A stretch of DNA of 63,718 nucleotides, filler included, from Octopus bimaculoides (GCF_001194135.2; 3 parts of 3 records of this genome joined end to end with filler, not necessarily neighbours in it), one strand, 5' to 3'. Positions 52,003 to 63,667 are shown, numbered from the whole stretch's first letter. Notes: generated by a model not told the origin, from the letters alone. Numbers and translations are program-made.

Positions 52003-53809
52003 GTAACCTTATATTCTTCACATTGTGAAGGAAACATGATTTTGGCCGTCAGAGAATTGGAAATCAAAATACATATATATATATATATATTATATATACA
52101 TATATACAAATATGTGTGTGTGTGTGTGTGTGTGTATGTGTGTGCATGTGTGTGCGTGTGTGTATAAAGATATATATATATATATATATAAAAATAGATA
52201 CATGTGTGTGTATGTGTGTGTGTGCATNNNNNNNNNNCTGGTGGTGGTGGTGGCAGTGTATGATTCCTTTGTAGAGAACAGAGAGAAGAGAGAGAGAAAG
52301 AGAGAGAACAGAGAGAGAGAAAGGGGTAGAGAGAACAGAGAGAGGGAGAGAAGGAAAGAAAAGAGAAAGGAAGGAAAGAAAGGAGGAAAGGAAGAAAGAA
52401 GGAAAGAAAGAGAGAAAGACAGACAGAAAATGAAGTGATAAAGTGATAGCTCACGACAGAGAGGGGGAGAGAGAGAGAGAGAGACAGACACAGAGATAGA
52501 GAGAGAAAGTGAGAGACGAAGAAAGAAAGAAAGAAAGAAAGAAAGAACGAATGAAAGAACGAAAGAAAGAAAGAAAGAAACAAAGAAAGAGAAGAGAGGA
52601 GATTGTCAGACAAAGAGAGAGAGAAGAATAGAGAAAGACAAAGAGAGTGAAAGAGATAGAGGGAGACAGAGAGTGTGAGGGAGACGCAGGCAGAGGGAGA
52701 ATGAGACAGATAGATAGAGACAGAAGGAAATTGAAAGAGTAAGGGAGACAGAGAGAAAGAGAGAAGCAGAGAGAAAGAGAGAAAGATAGAGAGAGAGAGA
52801 GTCAGATAAAGAGAGAAAGACAAACGGACAGACAAACAGAGAGAAACGAGGGGGGTAAGTAGGGAACAAGAGGCAAAGAAAAAGGAGGGAGAGTGTTTGG
52901 TGAGAGTGCAGATTGAGTTAATGGCGGACGCCAGAGGGAATGGTGGAGNNNNNNNNNNNNNNNNNNNNNNNNNNNNNNNNNNNNNNNNNNNNNNNNNNNN
53001 NNNNNNNNNNNNNNNNNNNNNNNNNNNNNNNNNNNNNNNNNNNNNNNNNNNNNNNNNNNNNNNNNNNNNNNNNNNNNNNNNNNNNNNNNNNNNNNNNNNN
53101 NNNNNNNNNNNNNNNNNNNNNNNNNNNNNNNNNNNNNNNNNNNNNNNNNNNNNNNNNNNNNNNNNNNNNNNNNNNNNNNNNNNNNNNNNNNNNNNNNNNN
53201 NNNNNNNNNNNNNNNNNNNNNNNNNNNNNNNNNNNNNNNNNNNNNNNNNNNNNNNNNNNNNNNNNNNNNNNNNNNNNNNNNNNNNNNNNNNNNNNNNNNN
53301 NNNNNNNNNNNNNNNNNNNNNNNNNNNNNNNNNNNNNNNNNNNNNNNNNNNNNNNNNNNNNNNNNNNNNNNNNNNNNNNNNNNNNNNNNNNNNNNNNNNN
53401 NNNNNNNNNNNNNNNNNNNNNNNNNNNNNNNNNNNNNNNNNNNNNNNNNNNNNNNNNNNNNNNNNNNNNNNNNNNNNNNNNNNNNNNNNNNNNNNNNNNN
53501 NNNNNNNNNNNNNNNNNNNNNNNNNNNNNNNNNNNNNNNNNNNNNNNNNNNNNNNNNNNNNNNNNNNNNNNNNNNNNNNNNNNNNNNNNNNNNNNNNNNN
53601 NNNNNNNNNNNNNNNNNNNNNNNNNNNNNNNNNNNNNNNNNNNNNNNNNNNNNNNNNNNNNNNNNNNNNNNNNNNNNNNNNNNNNNNNNNNNNNNNNNNN
53701 NNNNNNNNNNNNNNNNNNNNNNNNNNNNNNNNNNNNNNNNNNNNNNNNNNNNNNNNNNNNNNNNNNNNNNNNNNNNNNNNNNNNNNNNNNNNNNNNNNNN
53801 NNNNNNNNN

Positions 53810-53842
<33 letters not shown>

Positions 53843-54557
53843 AATTATGTTGTTTTGAGTAATTCTTAATTGATGTAGAATTCGATCAATCATTATTATG
53901 GGTCGGTAGAATATTGAAAGAAGGAACTATCTTTTAATTAACATGAAACAAACCATCTTTGAATTAATATGACCAAGATGAAAAACTCAAACGTCCATTG
54001 TTATCTCTTAGATTTCCTGATGTTATTCCATCTTTTTAGTCTACCATAAAACCATAGATTTACTTCACTACCAAGACAAAACCTTAGATCAATGGAATGG
54101 TAAAAAAAAAATATATAAAAATGGCAGAAAGCCAGACAGAATATTTTGATATATATAATTATGTTAATTCATATGTTTGTGTTCAAATCCTTATGGAATT
54201 AATATTTATTCCCCATCATACCTTGGGGCCAATAATTAAGTACATACCAAATATTGGGGGTTGATTCAACAAACTGGTCATATCCAATAAATGGTATGAC
54301 CCTATACAAAAAAAAAGATTGTTGTCTTTAGTAAAATATAACCTAAAATAACTTATAAGTGAAGGCCCTTAAATTTCAAGCCCCCTGTAGTGAATGTTCC
54401 CTGCCTTTAATCCTTTAGCATTTAAACTAACTATATCTGGCTCAAATATTCTACCTTTTTTTTTTATCTGTTCGCACCAGCCATATCCAGCCTCTCACAC
54501 CTATCCTACAATGAAAATAAACAATCACATTGTCAAAATCATGAAGCTATGAGATAA

Positions 54558-54896
54558 AAAGAACCCCTTCAGTGATGACTGACCATGGGATTGCACCTGG
54601 AAAGTTACCCTCTGAGGCACAAGTCTAGGCAAGGTTGTTTATAGAAGACCAACAGTTGCCCATGCATACCAGCAGCCCCTCTTCATGTCACTGATGTTAA
54701 CCAAGAGAGAGGCAAAGGGGCCGATACAGCTTGGAACCTGTGACGTCGCAATTCATTTCTACAGCTGAGTGAACTGGAGCAATGTGAAATAAAGTGTCTT
54801 GTTCAAGAACACAACACACAGTCTGGTCCGGGAATTGAACTCACTACCTCCTGATTGTAAGCCCCACACTCTAACCACTGAGCCATGCACCATCAC
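54558..54896 (-). mobile_element. SINE with CORE-like centre inserted in MITE unit 1; 9-bp TSD
   Basis: TSD atgagataa at 54549-54557 and 54897-54905; cttgaacaagacactttatttcacattgctccagttcactcagctg on the minus strand. Confidence 0.9.
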
Positions 54897-55316
54897 ATGA
54901 GATAATTCTGAATGCTAAAGAATTAAACTAGCCATATCTGGCCTTAAATATTAAAACTGTTTTATGTTCAAACTGGCCAGATCCAGCCTCTCACACGTAT
55001 CCTACAATGTCATTAAAAAATAAACACTTACATCATTAAAATCTCTAAGCGCTAAGATAATGCAAGATTAATCAAAATTATGTGAATAAATAAGCATTAT
55101 ATTTGACTGAGTAATCCAAATGCTAACGGGTTAAACCAGCTATATCCAACCCAAGGGCTCTACTTGTTTTGTGGTGAAACTGGCCAGCTCTGGCCTCTCA
55201 AACCTACTCTACAGTGTCATTCAAAAAGTAAAACAATCACATCATCGAAATCTCAAAGCTACAAGATAATGAAGGATTAATTCAAAACAATGTGAATAAA
55301 CATGCATTACATTAGA

Positions 55317-55317
<1 letters not shown>

Positions 55318-55358
<41 letters not shown>

Positions 55359-55636
55359 TTAACGTCCGCTTTCCATGCTAGCATGGGTTGGACGATTCGA
55401 CTGAGGACTGGTGAAACCGGATGGCTACACCAGGCTCCAATCTGATTTGGCAGAGTTTCTACAGCTGGATGCCCTTCCTAACGCCAACCACTCCGAGAGT
55501 GTAGTGGGTGCTTTTACATGCCACTGGCACGAAGGCCAGTCAGGCGGTACTGGCAACTGCCACACTTGAAATGGTGTCTTTTACGTGCCACCTGCACAGG
55601 AGCCAGTCCAGTGGCACTGGCAACGATCTCGCTCAA
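55318..55636 (-). mobile_element. Family B copy inserted in MITE unit 3
   Basis: (cat)n-ttaacgtccgctttccatgctagcatgggttggacg...gcccttcctaacgccaaccactccgag. Confidence 0.9.
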
Positions 55637-55864
55637 CGCTAAAAGGTTAAGCCAGCCATTTCCAACCTAGATATTCCACCTGTTTTATGTTCAAAACTGG
55701 TCAGATCTAGCCTCTCACACTTACCTACAATGTCAATCTAAAAATAAGCCATCATCAAAATCTTAAAGCTATAAGATAATGCATAATTAATTGAAAACAA
55801 TTTAAATAAATACGCATCACATTTGACAGAGTGATCTGAATGCACAAGGGTGAGTCCTAAGTTA

Positions 55865-56205
55865 TTACCATGCCCAGACAACCATTATCCAAGACTAAAC
55901 ACACGATCTCCAGTGAACAAACTTAGCCATGTTATCATTCCTCCTTCTCTATTCCTTTTGGGCCGGTTTGCTGCACTCACTCACAACATTTGATATTCTT
56001 TCATTTTTGCAATCCACACGGACACCAAAAATGGGGTGATTCACTGCTCATATCTATTTGGAACTTGATGTAATTAGTTCTCTGAGCTCATTCCTGGCCA
56101 CTGCATATCAGTGCTGCCTCGGTGCATCCTTTCAGATCACTTTTCCTTAACCATCTCCAGATGTTGGTCTTGTCTTTCCCTTTATAGCTAATGAAAGTTA
56201 TCTGA
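55865..56205 (-). mobile_element. R4/Dong LINE fragment (pre-RLE zinc-knuckle region)
   Basis: DKTNIWRWLRKSDLKGCTEA..QE...RTNYIKFQID..SESP, then ..VVSECSK.AQKE.RRRND. Confidence 0.8.
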
Positions 56206-56368
56206 GGCATGGGTATTGCTTGTTTAAAATTGTTGTTGTTGTTGCTGTTGCTTTGGTTATTGCTGTTGTTGTTAATTGTAGCGCCACATAATCAAAGACA
56301 AAGACGTTGAATTCCATTGTACTTTGTGCCTGCCAATAACATCTGTCCTGTTAATTCCCTGCCGAAAC

Positions 56369-56377
56369 TCATTTTAG
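56369..56377 (-). CDS. Possible terminal coding exon of gene A (LK-stop)
   Basis: Pyrimidine-rich gctcctcacag acceptor about 160 nt downstream of the previous donor, then cta aaa tga. Confidence 0.35.
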   Translation of the reverse strand, partial: LK

Positions 56378-56538
56378 CTGTGAGGAGCATCACAGAAGAT
56401 TTTTAAAAAAAAAAGGCAAAAGATAAGCAGGCAACAGATGTCAGCCACCTTAACTGATAATCACAAGATTGTGTCAGTTGTCTCAACTGACCACCAACTG
56501 ACCCTCACTCTAAAATGTAGAATAAAGCATGGCCTTAC

Positions 56539-56577
56539 CACTTTTAGTTTCAGCAAGGATTTCTGGAATCTTTCAGG
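56539..56577 (-). CDS. Gene A exon (39 nt, 0/0): PERFQKSLLKLKV
   Basis: tttctttttattttag acceptor, gtg|gtaagg donor. Confidence 0.8.
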
Positions 56578-56889
56578 CTAAAATAAAAAGAAATGACAAA
56601 TTATGAATAATTTAAGCATACCCCACCCCACTTACACACACACACGCACATATATATTAGGTTGTCAAGAAAGTTCTTGCGGAATTTTTAATTTTGGTTT
56701 TAAATTATGTATTTTCAAATTAATTTTTGTTAAATTACTTTGACTTTATATACCATTTTAAGCCCATTTTTCGCTCCATCTAATCGTGTTACTCTTTTTC
56801 TTTTTGAATAATTAGGCCTTTTTTCTGGAACATTGAATACAACTTGAACAAAAAGCAAATTCACACAATTTTCTTATTCTAGTTCAAGC

Positions 56890-57020
56890 TGGGCTGGAGC
56901 CTCGTGGAGCTTTAGGTGTTTTCGCTCAATAAACACTCACAACACCCGGTCTGGGAATCGAAACTGCGATCCTATGACCGCGAGTCTGCTGCCCTATCCA
57001 CTGGGCCATTGCGCCTCCAC
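56890..57020 (-). mobile_element. SINE family E, 5' part
   Basis: Near-identical to 47460-47584. Confidence 0.9.
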
Positions 57021-57189
57021 AGAGGTCCCTTATAAACATGATCAAAAGGACATCTTTGGACAAATTAGTGATATTTTAACAATTAAAGGCAGATCAGGAA
57101 ACAATGCTGTGAAACTGTCTTAAAATTGCCCCAAGTTGTTTATTTTACTTATTCAATGGTTGAGGAGGAAAACGGTTACTTTTACTTAC

Positions 57190-57258
57190 ATTTATGGCAT
57201 AAGAATCCAGTTTCACAAATATCTTTTGCTTTGCTGATGCTTTTTCATAGTCTTTGGT
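57190..57258 (-). CDS. Gene A exon (69 nt, 0/0): TKDYEKASAKQKIFVKLDSYAIN
   Basis: ctttcatttataattccag acceptor, aat|gtaagt donor. Confidence 0.85.
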
Positions 57259-57743
57259 CTGGAATTATAAATGAAAGATTAACGATATTAAGTAGAATTG
57301 TTATTTTTACTTTCAGTACATGATCTCCTAATTAGTCAAGAAGTTATCAGATAATAGACTTAGTGGAAACATTGGGGATCAGGCAGCTGGAGGGGGGAAG
57401 GGCCATATCAGCACTACATTGGTCCTCATTTTCAGCTGAATAAACTGGAGCAACAAAAAATGAAATACCCTGCTCAAGAACATGGTTTAGGAATTGAATA
57501 CACAACCTTTTAATTGTGTATTAATGGGAGGGGATAAGTCGATTATATCAGCCCCAGTGTTTCACTGGTACATCAAAATCTCAAGGCTCTGAAACAAAGC
57601 ATGGTTAATTCAAAACAAGGTGAATAGATAAGAATTACATTTGAGAGAGTAATCTGAATGCTAAAGGTTTAATTAGCAATGTTAACTAAACAAAACTAAT
57701 AATAAATTGCCAAAAAATTAAAAAGAAATCCTGGAATACTTAC

Positions 57744-57830
57744 AAGTGCCATTGATGCTTTCTTTTGTTGTATGGATTCTTGTTCTTCAGCAAACAAGCT
57801 CTCCTGACTTATCTCATCAGATGGTTGAGA
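57744..57830 (-). CDS. Gene A exon (87 nt, 0/0): SQPSDEISQESLFAEEQESIQQKKASMAL
   Basis: ctaat branch-like motif, ttcttctatgcattcag acceptor, ctt|gtaagt donor. Confidence 0.85.
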
Positions 57831-57889
57831 CTGAATGCATAGAAGAATATATTAAGATTAGAGTTAAAAAAGAAAGAAAAAAGAAAAAA

Positions 57890-58130
57890 GGTAAAGTCCC
57901 TTCTTAAGTCACGGAGACTCATAAGGGCCAGTTTCTTGGTTTCTGTGGCGTAAATATTCCCCCACCTGGATGGGATGCTGGTCCATCACAGGATTATTCA
58001 TTTTTGCTGGCCGAGTGGACTAGAGTAACGTGAAATGAAGTGTTCTGCTCAGTTCAGGAATTGAAACCACAAACTTACAATCATTAGTCCAACACCCCTA
58101 ACCACTGAGCCACACACACCTCCACAAGAC
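57890..58130 (-). mobile_element. SINE (family F) with CORE-like centre and taaaggtaaag-type tail
   Basis: tRNA head gtggctcagtggttagggg...ggtttcaattcc; ttcatttcacgttactctagtccactcggccagc; tail gggactttacctttt. Confidence 0.75.
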
Positions 58131-58544
58131 TGGAGAGGGAATTCAAAGAGTTAAAAGTAGGGTTCTGGCAAGAGTTAGCACTTACACCTTAGAGGGGAAC
58201 TTTCTAGGTGCAATCCCATGCTCATTCTTGACTGAAGGGGTTCTTTGCCCTTATCCTTTACCCTATGCATCTTTTCTATAGCAAGACACTTCTGTTTTTG
58301 CCCCTTGTATAAAGTCACCTCTCCGCTCTCTCAACCACTTCCCCCATCACTTACTCAAGAGAGATTTTTGCTTTTCTTTGTTCTTTCCTGTCTTGCAAAT
58401 TACTTGGGAACCATACAAGTGGTGATGACATGATAAAAGTCCGCAATACACACTGTAAAGTGGTTAGCATTAGGAACGGCATTCGTCCATAGAAACCATT
58501 GCAAAGCTGACATTGCATAAGTTCAAAATTAGCATTTTAAAAGT

Positions 58545-58790
58545 CATAAATTAGTGCTGTAAACGCGTGATATTAGTATCACAAATGTATTAAATTAGTG
58601 TCATAAATGTGTCATATTAGTACTACAAAAGTATTCAATCAGTATCATAAAATGTTATATTAGTACCAATAAGTACCAAATTAGTGTCAAAAAAGTGCCA
58701 TATTAGTTCCCAAAAGTACTTAACTAGTGTCATAAAAATGTTATATTAGTACCAAATTAGTATCATAAAAGTGCCAGATTAGTGTCATCA
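58545..58790. repeat. Degenerate ~20-21-bp minisatellite
   Basis: About 12 recurrences of attagt(g/a)(t/c)ca..aaa..gt.. Confidence 0.85.
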
Positions 58791-58800
58791 AAGAACTCAC

Positions 58801-58878
58801 CAAAGATTCCTCTGATACTTCTAATTCTTCATTGATTTGTTCAGTTGATCTTTTTTCAAGTGCATGTGGTTCTTTTAC
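58801..58878 (-). CDS. Gene A exon (78 nt, 0/0): VKEPHALEKRSTEQINEELEVSEESL
   Basis: ttttcttttaattcttcag acceptor, ttg|gtgagt donor. Confidence 0.85.
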
Positions 58879-59630
58879 CTGAAGAATTAAAAGAAAAATG
58901 GAGAACGGTGCATTTGCAATGAATTGCAGATTAGCAAGTCACTGTACTTTAGCAGATGGTGGTGCAACAACAGATGCATGTGCACTGACAGATTATGTTG
59001 CACTGACATGTAATGGTGCACAGTGCATAAGCGAATATGCAGGCCATGGCATCTTTACAATGGTAACTGAAGAAGAAAGTGGGGTAGTAGGAGGAGGACA
59101 AGGAAGAGGTGAAGGAGAGAAGGATATAGCAGAAAGAGGAGAGGTAGAAGGAAGAAGAGGAGAGGGAGGAAGAGGAGGGGAGGAAGATGAGAAAAGGATA
59201 TAAGAGAAAGAAGAAAAATAAGAAAACGGAGGAAGAGGAAGAAGAGAAAGTGAAGGCAAAAAAAGATGAAGAGAAGGAAAAGGAGGCAGAGGAGGAAGAG
59301 GAAAAGGAAAAGAAGGAGGAGGAAAATGCAGAAGAGGGAAAAGAGGAGGAGGAGGAAGAGGAAGAGCAGAAGAGGAAAAAGAAGAGAAGGAGGAGGAAAA
59401 TTCAGAAGAGGGAAAGGAGGAGGAGGACAACCACAAGGAAGTGGAAAAGGAGGGGAAGAGGGGAGGATGAAGAGGAAATCGTGGGGAGGAAGGAAAGAAG
59501 AAGAAAAAGAAGAAGAAGAATATAGCGGCAGCAGGATGAGAATTAGATGGAGTGGAAAGGTATGTGACAGCTAGCTCCGGCTGATGATGATGATGATGAT
59601 GATGATTAATCCAAAGACTCAGTCACTTAC

Positions 59631-59678
59631 AACATATGTTTCAGAAGGAAATTTCTTAATTTCTGGTTTCTTTTCTCT
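59631..59678 (-). CDS. Gene A exon (48 nt, 0/0): REKKPEIKKFPSETYV
   Basis: cttctgtttctttccag acceptor, gtt|gtaagt donor. Confidence 0.8.
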
Positions 59679-59834
59679 CTGGAAAGAAACAGAAGATTTA
59701 CTATTAATATTTCTTAATTCTTCAGATATACAATTATTAAGTCTTAATTAGTGGTTCCTGAAGAAAACAATAAATGAAGGAATTAAACAAGGTTTAATAA
59801 ATCTGTAATTATCTTCCTTTTCTTTTTAATCTTT

Positions 59835-60225
59835 TTATTTGTTACAGTCATTAGACTGTGGCCATGCTGGAGCACCACATTGAAGAACTTTCAGTTGGAT
59901 GAATCAACCCTAGTACTTATTTTTTTAAAGCCTGGTACTTATTCTGTTGATCTCTTTTGTCGAACAGCTAAGTTATGGGGATGTAAACACACTAACATGG
60001 GTTGTCAAGCAGTGGTGGGGGACAAGCAATTGCAAAGACACACACACATGCACACACACATCAAGGATGAGCTTCTTTCAGTTTTTGTTTATCAAACTCA
60101 CCTGCAAGTTTATGGTTGGTCCAAGGCTATAGTAGAAGATACATATACAAGGTGCTATGCTGTGGTACTGAACCTGGAACTATGTAGTTGGGAAACAAGC
60201 TTCTTACCCCATAGCCACACCAGTG

Positions 60226-60228
<3 letters not shown>
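59835..60228 (-). mobile_element. SINE family A, near full length
   Basis: Tail gactgtggccatgctggagcacc, internal (CA)n, head. Confidence 0.9.
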
Positions 60229-60257
<29 letters not shown>

Positions 60258-60265
<8 letters not shown>

Positions 60266-60401
60266 GCACTCCGTCGCTTATGACGACGAGGGTTCTAGTT
60301 GATCCGATGAACGGAACAGCCTGCTCGTGAAATTAACGTGCAAGTGGCTGAGCACTCCACAGACACGTGTACCCTTAATGTAATTCTCGGGGATATTCAG
60401 C
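60258..60401 (-). mobile_element. SINE family E, 3' part, up to the gap
   Basis: gttggcactccgtcgcttatgacgacgagggtt...ggggatattcagc. Confidence 0.9.
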
Positions 60402-61765
60402 NNNNNNNNNNNNNNNNNNNNNNNNNNNNNNNNNNNNNNNNNNNNNNNNNNNNNNNNNNNNNNNNNNNNNNNNNNNNNNNNNNNNNNNNNNNNNNNNNNN
60501 NNNNNNNNNNNNNNNNNNNNNNNNNNNNNNNNNNNNNNNNNNNNNNNNNNNNNNNNNNNNNNNNNNNNNNNNNNNNNNNNNNNNNNNNNNNNNNNNNNNN
60601 NNNNNNNNNNNNNNNNNNNNNNNNNNNNNNNNNNNNNNNNNNNNNNNNNNNNNNNNNNNNNNNNNNNNNNNNNNNNNNNNNNNNNNNNNNNNNNNNNNNN
60701 NNNNNNNNNNNNNNNNNNNNNNNNNNNNNNNNNNNNNNNNNNNNNNNNNNNNNNNNNNNNNNNNNNNNNNNNNNNNNNNNNNNNNNNNNNNNNNNNNNNN
60801 NNNNNNNNNNNNNNNNNNNNNNNNNNNNNNNNNNNNNNNNNNNNNNNNNNNNNNNNNNNNNNNNNNNNNNNNNNNNNNNNNNNNNNNNNNNNNNNNNNNN
60901 NNNNNNNNNNNNNNNNNNNNNNNNNNNNNNNNNNNNNNNNNNNNNNNNNNNNNNNNNNNNNNNNNNNNNNNNNNNNNNNNNNNNNNNNNNNNNNNNNNNN
61001 NNNNNNNNNNNNNNNNNNNNNNNNNNNNNNNNNNNNNNNNNNNNNNNNNNNNNNNNNNNNNNNNNNNNNNNNNNNNNNNNNNNNNNNNNNAAACCACAAT
61101 GACAAGAAAGGTTTTCATTTAGAGGAGCAAAATTTTGCCAGCATACCTTCAGGCTTGCATGAAGTTGGTCCTGATGTTGGAGTTGACTTTGCTCAAATAG
61201 CTGAACTGGCACCAGGTCCTGCATTCTGATGCTTCGTTTTCCCAGGAAAAAAAGGAAATGTTGCATCATTTTCAGTTTCTGTTTACCAAGTCCACTCACA
61301 AGGTTTTGGTGGGCCCAAGATTATAGAAGAGACTTGCCCAAGGTGCCATGTAGTGGGACTGAACCCAGAACTATGTGGTTGGGAAGCAAACTTCTTACCA
61401 CACGGCCAATCCTGCACTTAAACTCTTGTGAATAATTTTTGAAATCTGAATAATTTTATCTTTTTTCAGACCTATGACAATGGAATGTACAAATGTGAGA
61501 TGGTGATTCAGGAGAATCACGCAGACAGAGGCCTAATGACCCACCTTTTGTGCTCAACAATCAAAGGATTGAACATTGCAACCTGTACTGTGAACCCTTA
61601 CTTGTGATTGGTTGTTCAACCATGTCATAGGTTGAGTGGTCGACTGATGGTAGACAGACGTCATAGCAATATATGCTAGACAGACATTACAACAACGCAT
61701 TCAATGTATGGTAGACTGACATCAAAAACAAAAGATTGTATGCAATGATATAATTGTTTACTCAC

Positions 61766-61816
61766 AGCTGCAATGTTTCTTCTTTGGAAAACGAAATCTC
61801 TCACATATTCTGGGTC
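61766..61816 (-). CDS. Gene A exon (51 nt, 0/0): DPEYVRDFVFQRRNIAA
   Basis: cttttttcttccttag acceptor, gct|gtgagt donor, open frame. Confidence 0.8.
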
Positions 61817-61881
61817 CTAAGGAAGAAAAAAGTAACAACCATGTCATAATTATTTTGTCAAACTGTAAAACAACAACAGAC

Positions 61882-61911
61882 CATCTTGTTTGAGGATGTC
61901 CTGAGCTTATA
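61882..61911 (-). CDS. Possible extra gene A exon (30 nt, 0/0): YKLRTSSNKM
   Basis: atatcatttag acceptor and weak atg|gtctgt donor; leaves only a 65-nt intron to the next exon. Confidence 0.3.
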
Positions 61912-62054
61912 CTAAATGATATATAAATTGCAATGTTAGAGTATGATTATATACACATTCGAAAGTATGTAAGCACTACCAATTTGATATTCCTGCTATC
62001 TGGTATGAACACCCTCCTGGGCCAGTGGCTGAAGGCAAAAATGTCATCATCCTC

Positions 62055-62245
62055 TGGAGGCTTTCTGTCAACATTCACAGACCAATCTAGGTTACCTAAC
62101 CCAACATTACCATTAAAGACAAGAGAAAAGTACTTGTAAATTAACAGATGTAAGTGTCCCTTCTGAAAATAATATATCTGTCGAGGAATTTGACAAACTG
62201 AGTAAATACAAGGATCTAGAAATTGAAACATAAAAGATGTGGTAT
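62055..62245 (+). mobile_element. R4/Dong RLE fragment, subfamily 1
   Basis: PNITIKDK and TDVSVPSENNISVEEFDKLSKYKDLEIET.KMW. Confidence 0.8.
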
Positions 62246-62289
62246 CTTTTGCTATTGGTTTCATAAAATAAAAGAGATGCCAGAAACAT

Positions 62290-63017
62290 GCCAGAAATAT
62301 GTGCAAGGAGAGAAGGTGTCATCAAAATGTAGAGTATGGGGAATTAGGGATGAAACAATGGCAAACATTGTTGCAGAATGCTCCAAGTTGGCCAGGGGAG
62401 AATATGAAAAAAAGTGACACGACCAAGTTGTGAAAGTTTTGCAATAGAAGGTTTGTCAGAAATGAGTGTTTTAAGCTGGATTACTTGGTATAATCACAGG
62501 GGTTGAAAGAGCACTTGAATCAGCAAAATGCAAGATTTTATGAGATTTTCCATTTCAAATGGATAAGAAGATAGAAAATAATAAACCAAATATAATAATT
62601 GACAAGGAAAATCTAAGTTGCTTACTGATTGACCCATCATGTCTGTTTCATTCCAGGATTGTAAAGAAAGAAAACAAAAAAATTCTTAAAGAATACAATC
62701 CCTTAAAATTTGAAACTGCAAGAATTTGGAATATGAAAATTGTAAATGTTGTGCCTGTAATAATTGGTGCATAAAAGAATGTAAGTAATGATATAGACAA
62801 ATGATTGAAGGAGATTTGAATGGAATATCTTGTAAAGCTTCTACAGAAAGTTTGCCTCTTAGGAACTGGGAAAAATCATAGGAAGGTTTTTGAGCTCTTC
62901 AAGGCTTATTGAAATCATGTGAATAGCTAAGGTTACAGTAACTCGCCACCCACATAAATTCTACCAGGAATAAGACCAACCCCAAGACAAGTCAACCAAT
63001 AGCAATAATAATAATTA
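62290..63017 (+). mobile_element. R4/Dong 3' fragment, subfamily 2, with (AAT)n end
   Basis: KCRVWGIRDETMANIVAECSKLA...HDQV, KPNIIIDK...LLID, KEYNPLK, VVPVIIGA, LQKVCLLGTG. Confidence 0.9.
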
Positions 63018-63024
63018 TATCGAA

Positions 63025-63385
63025 CATTTCATTTCATTTTACTCATTTTATCTAGTTTCAGCTCATGAGCCCGCCATTTGGTGTTGCTACACAATTTTAC
63101 TTCACGAATTTTACTTCAGGAATTGACATTTGGTGCATGAGAGAGTTTGATGCAGCTGCCCTCATCTGCACCTACTGCTGTGAAGTTGGTTCATCTGGGA
63201 CACCTGACAGGAAGAGGTCCAACCTCATCTTGAAGACACCTACATCCACCGCATGCAGGTCTCTCAGGTCCTTCGGGAGGATATTGAAGAGTTGTGGACC
63301 TCTGAAGCCCAGGCTATTGCAGTATTTTGTCCTACATCTTGATGACAATTTGGAATCCATGACAAAAATTTGTATTTAATGTGAA
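63025..63385 (-). mobile_element. CR1/L2-group LINE 3' end
   Basis: NSLGFRGPQLFNILPKDLRDL...FKMRLDLFLSGVPDEP...RAAASNSL with an (AAATG)n-like tail. Confidence 0.85.
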
Positions 63386-63631
63386 GGCTTGACATAGTTA
63401 ATAAAAGACATTCCAGGTGTGTGAATGGTATTTTAATCTATTGAACCCAAAGTTCAGCACAGGCAGGGTTTGAACTCAGAACATAAAGAGTTAAAAGGTT
63501 ATAATTAAATACTTCACCAATCTACCATATTAGACTCAAATTATAATTATTGCGCCATCAAATTAAATGAAGCAAGGAATGAACAAGATTGAATTATATG
63601 TGTTTAGAGTTTAATTAAAATATATTTTTAC

Positions 63632-63667
63632 CTGGAATTTCTTTTTCTCTCTCTTCTTAAAAGTCAG
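63632..63667 (-). CDS. Gene A exon (36 nt, phase 0/0): LTFKKREKKKFQ
   Basis: Minus strand: poly-T tract ...tttttag acceptor, cag|gtaaaa donor, open frame joining the next exons in phase 0. Confidence 0.75.

Larger units (their letters stand above)
54407..55853 (+). repeat. Head-to-tail array of four piggyBac-type MITE units (about 205 bp) with two SINE insertions
   Basis: One left end ttaatcctttagcatttaaac; right-end motif aatgctaaagggttaa at about 54926, 55134, 55650 and 55850. Confidence 0.9.

Noticed and set aside
59080-59530. Glu/Lys-rich ORFs
   Set aside because: GAG/AAG/GGA purine microsatellite inside a gene A intron, open in several frames
61135-61225. Possible gene A exon DLVPVQLFEQ...ASLK with a gtatgc donor
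   Set aside because: The only in-frame acceptor is the third AG after the pyrimidine tract; earlier AGs give stops. Unresolved and weak
61470-61600. Plus-strand TYDNGMYKC resembling the Ig D-x-G-x-Y-x-C motif
   Set aside because: Single short motif inside a gene A intron, with no rest of an Ig domain
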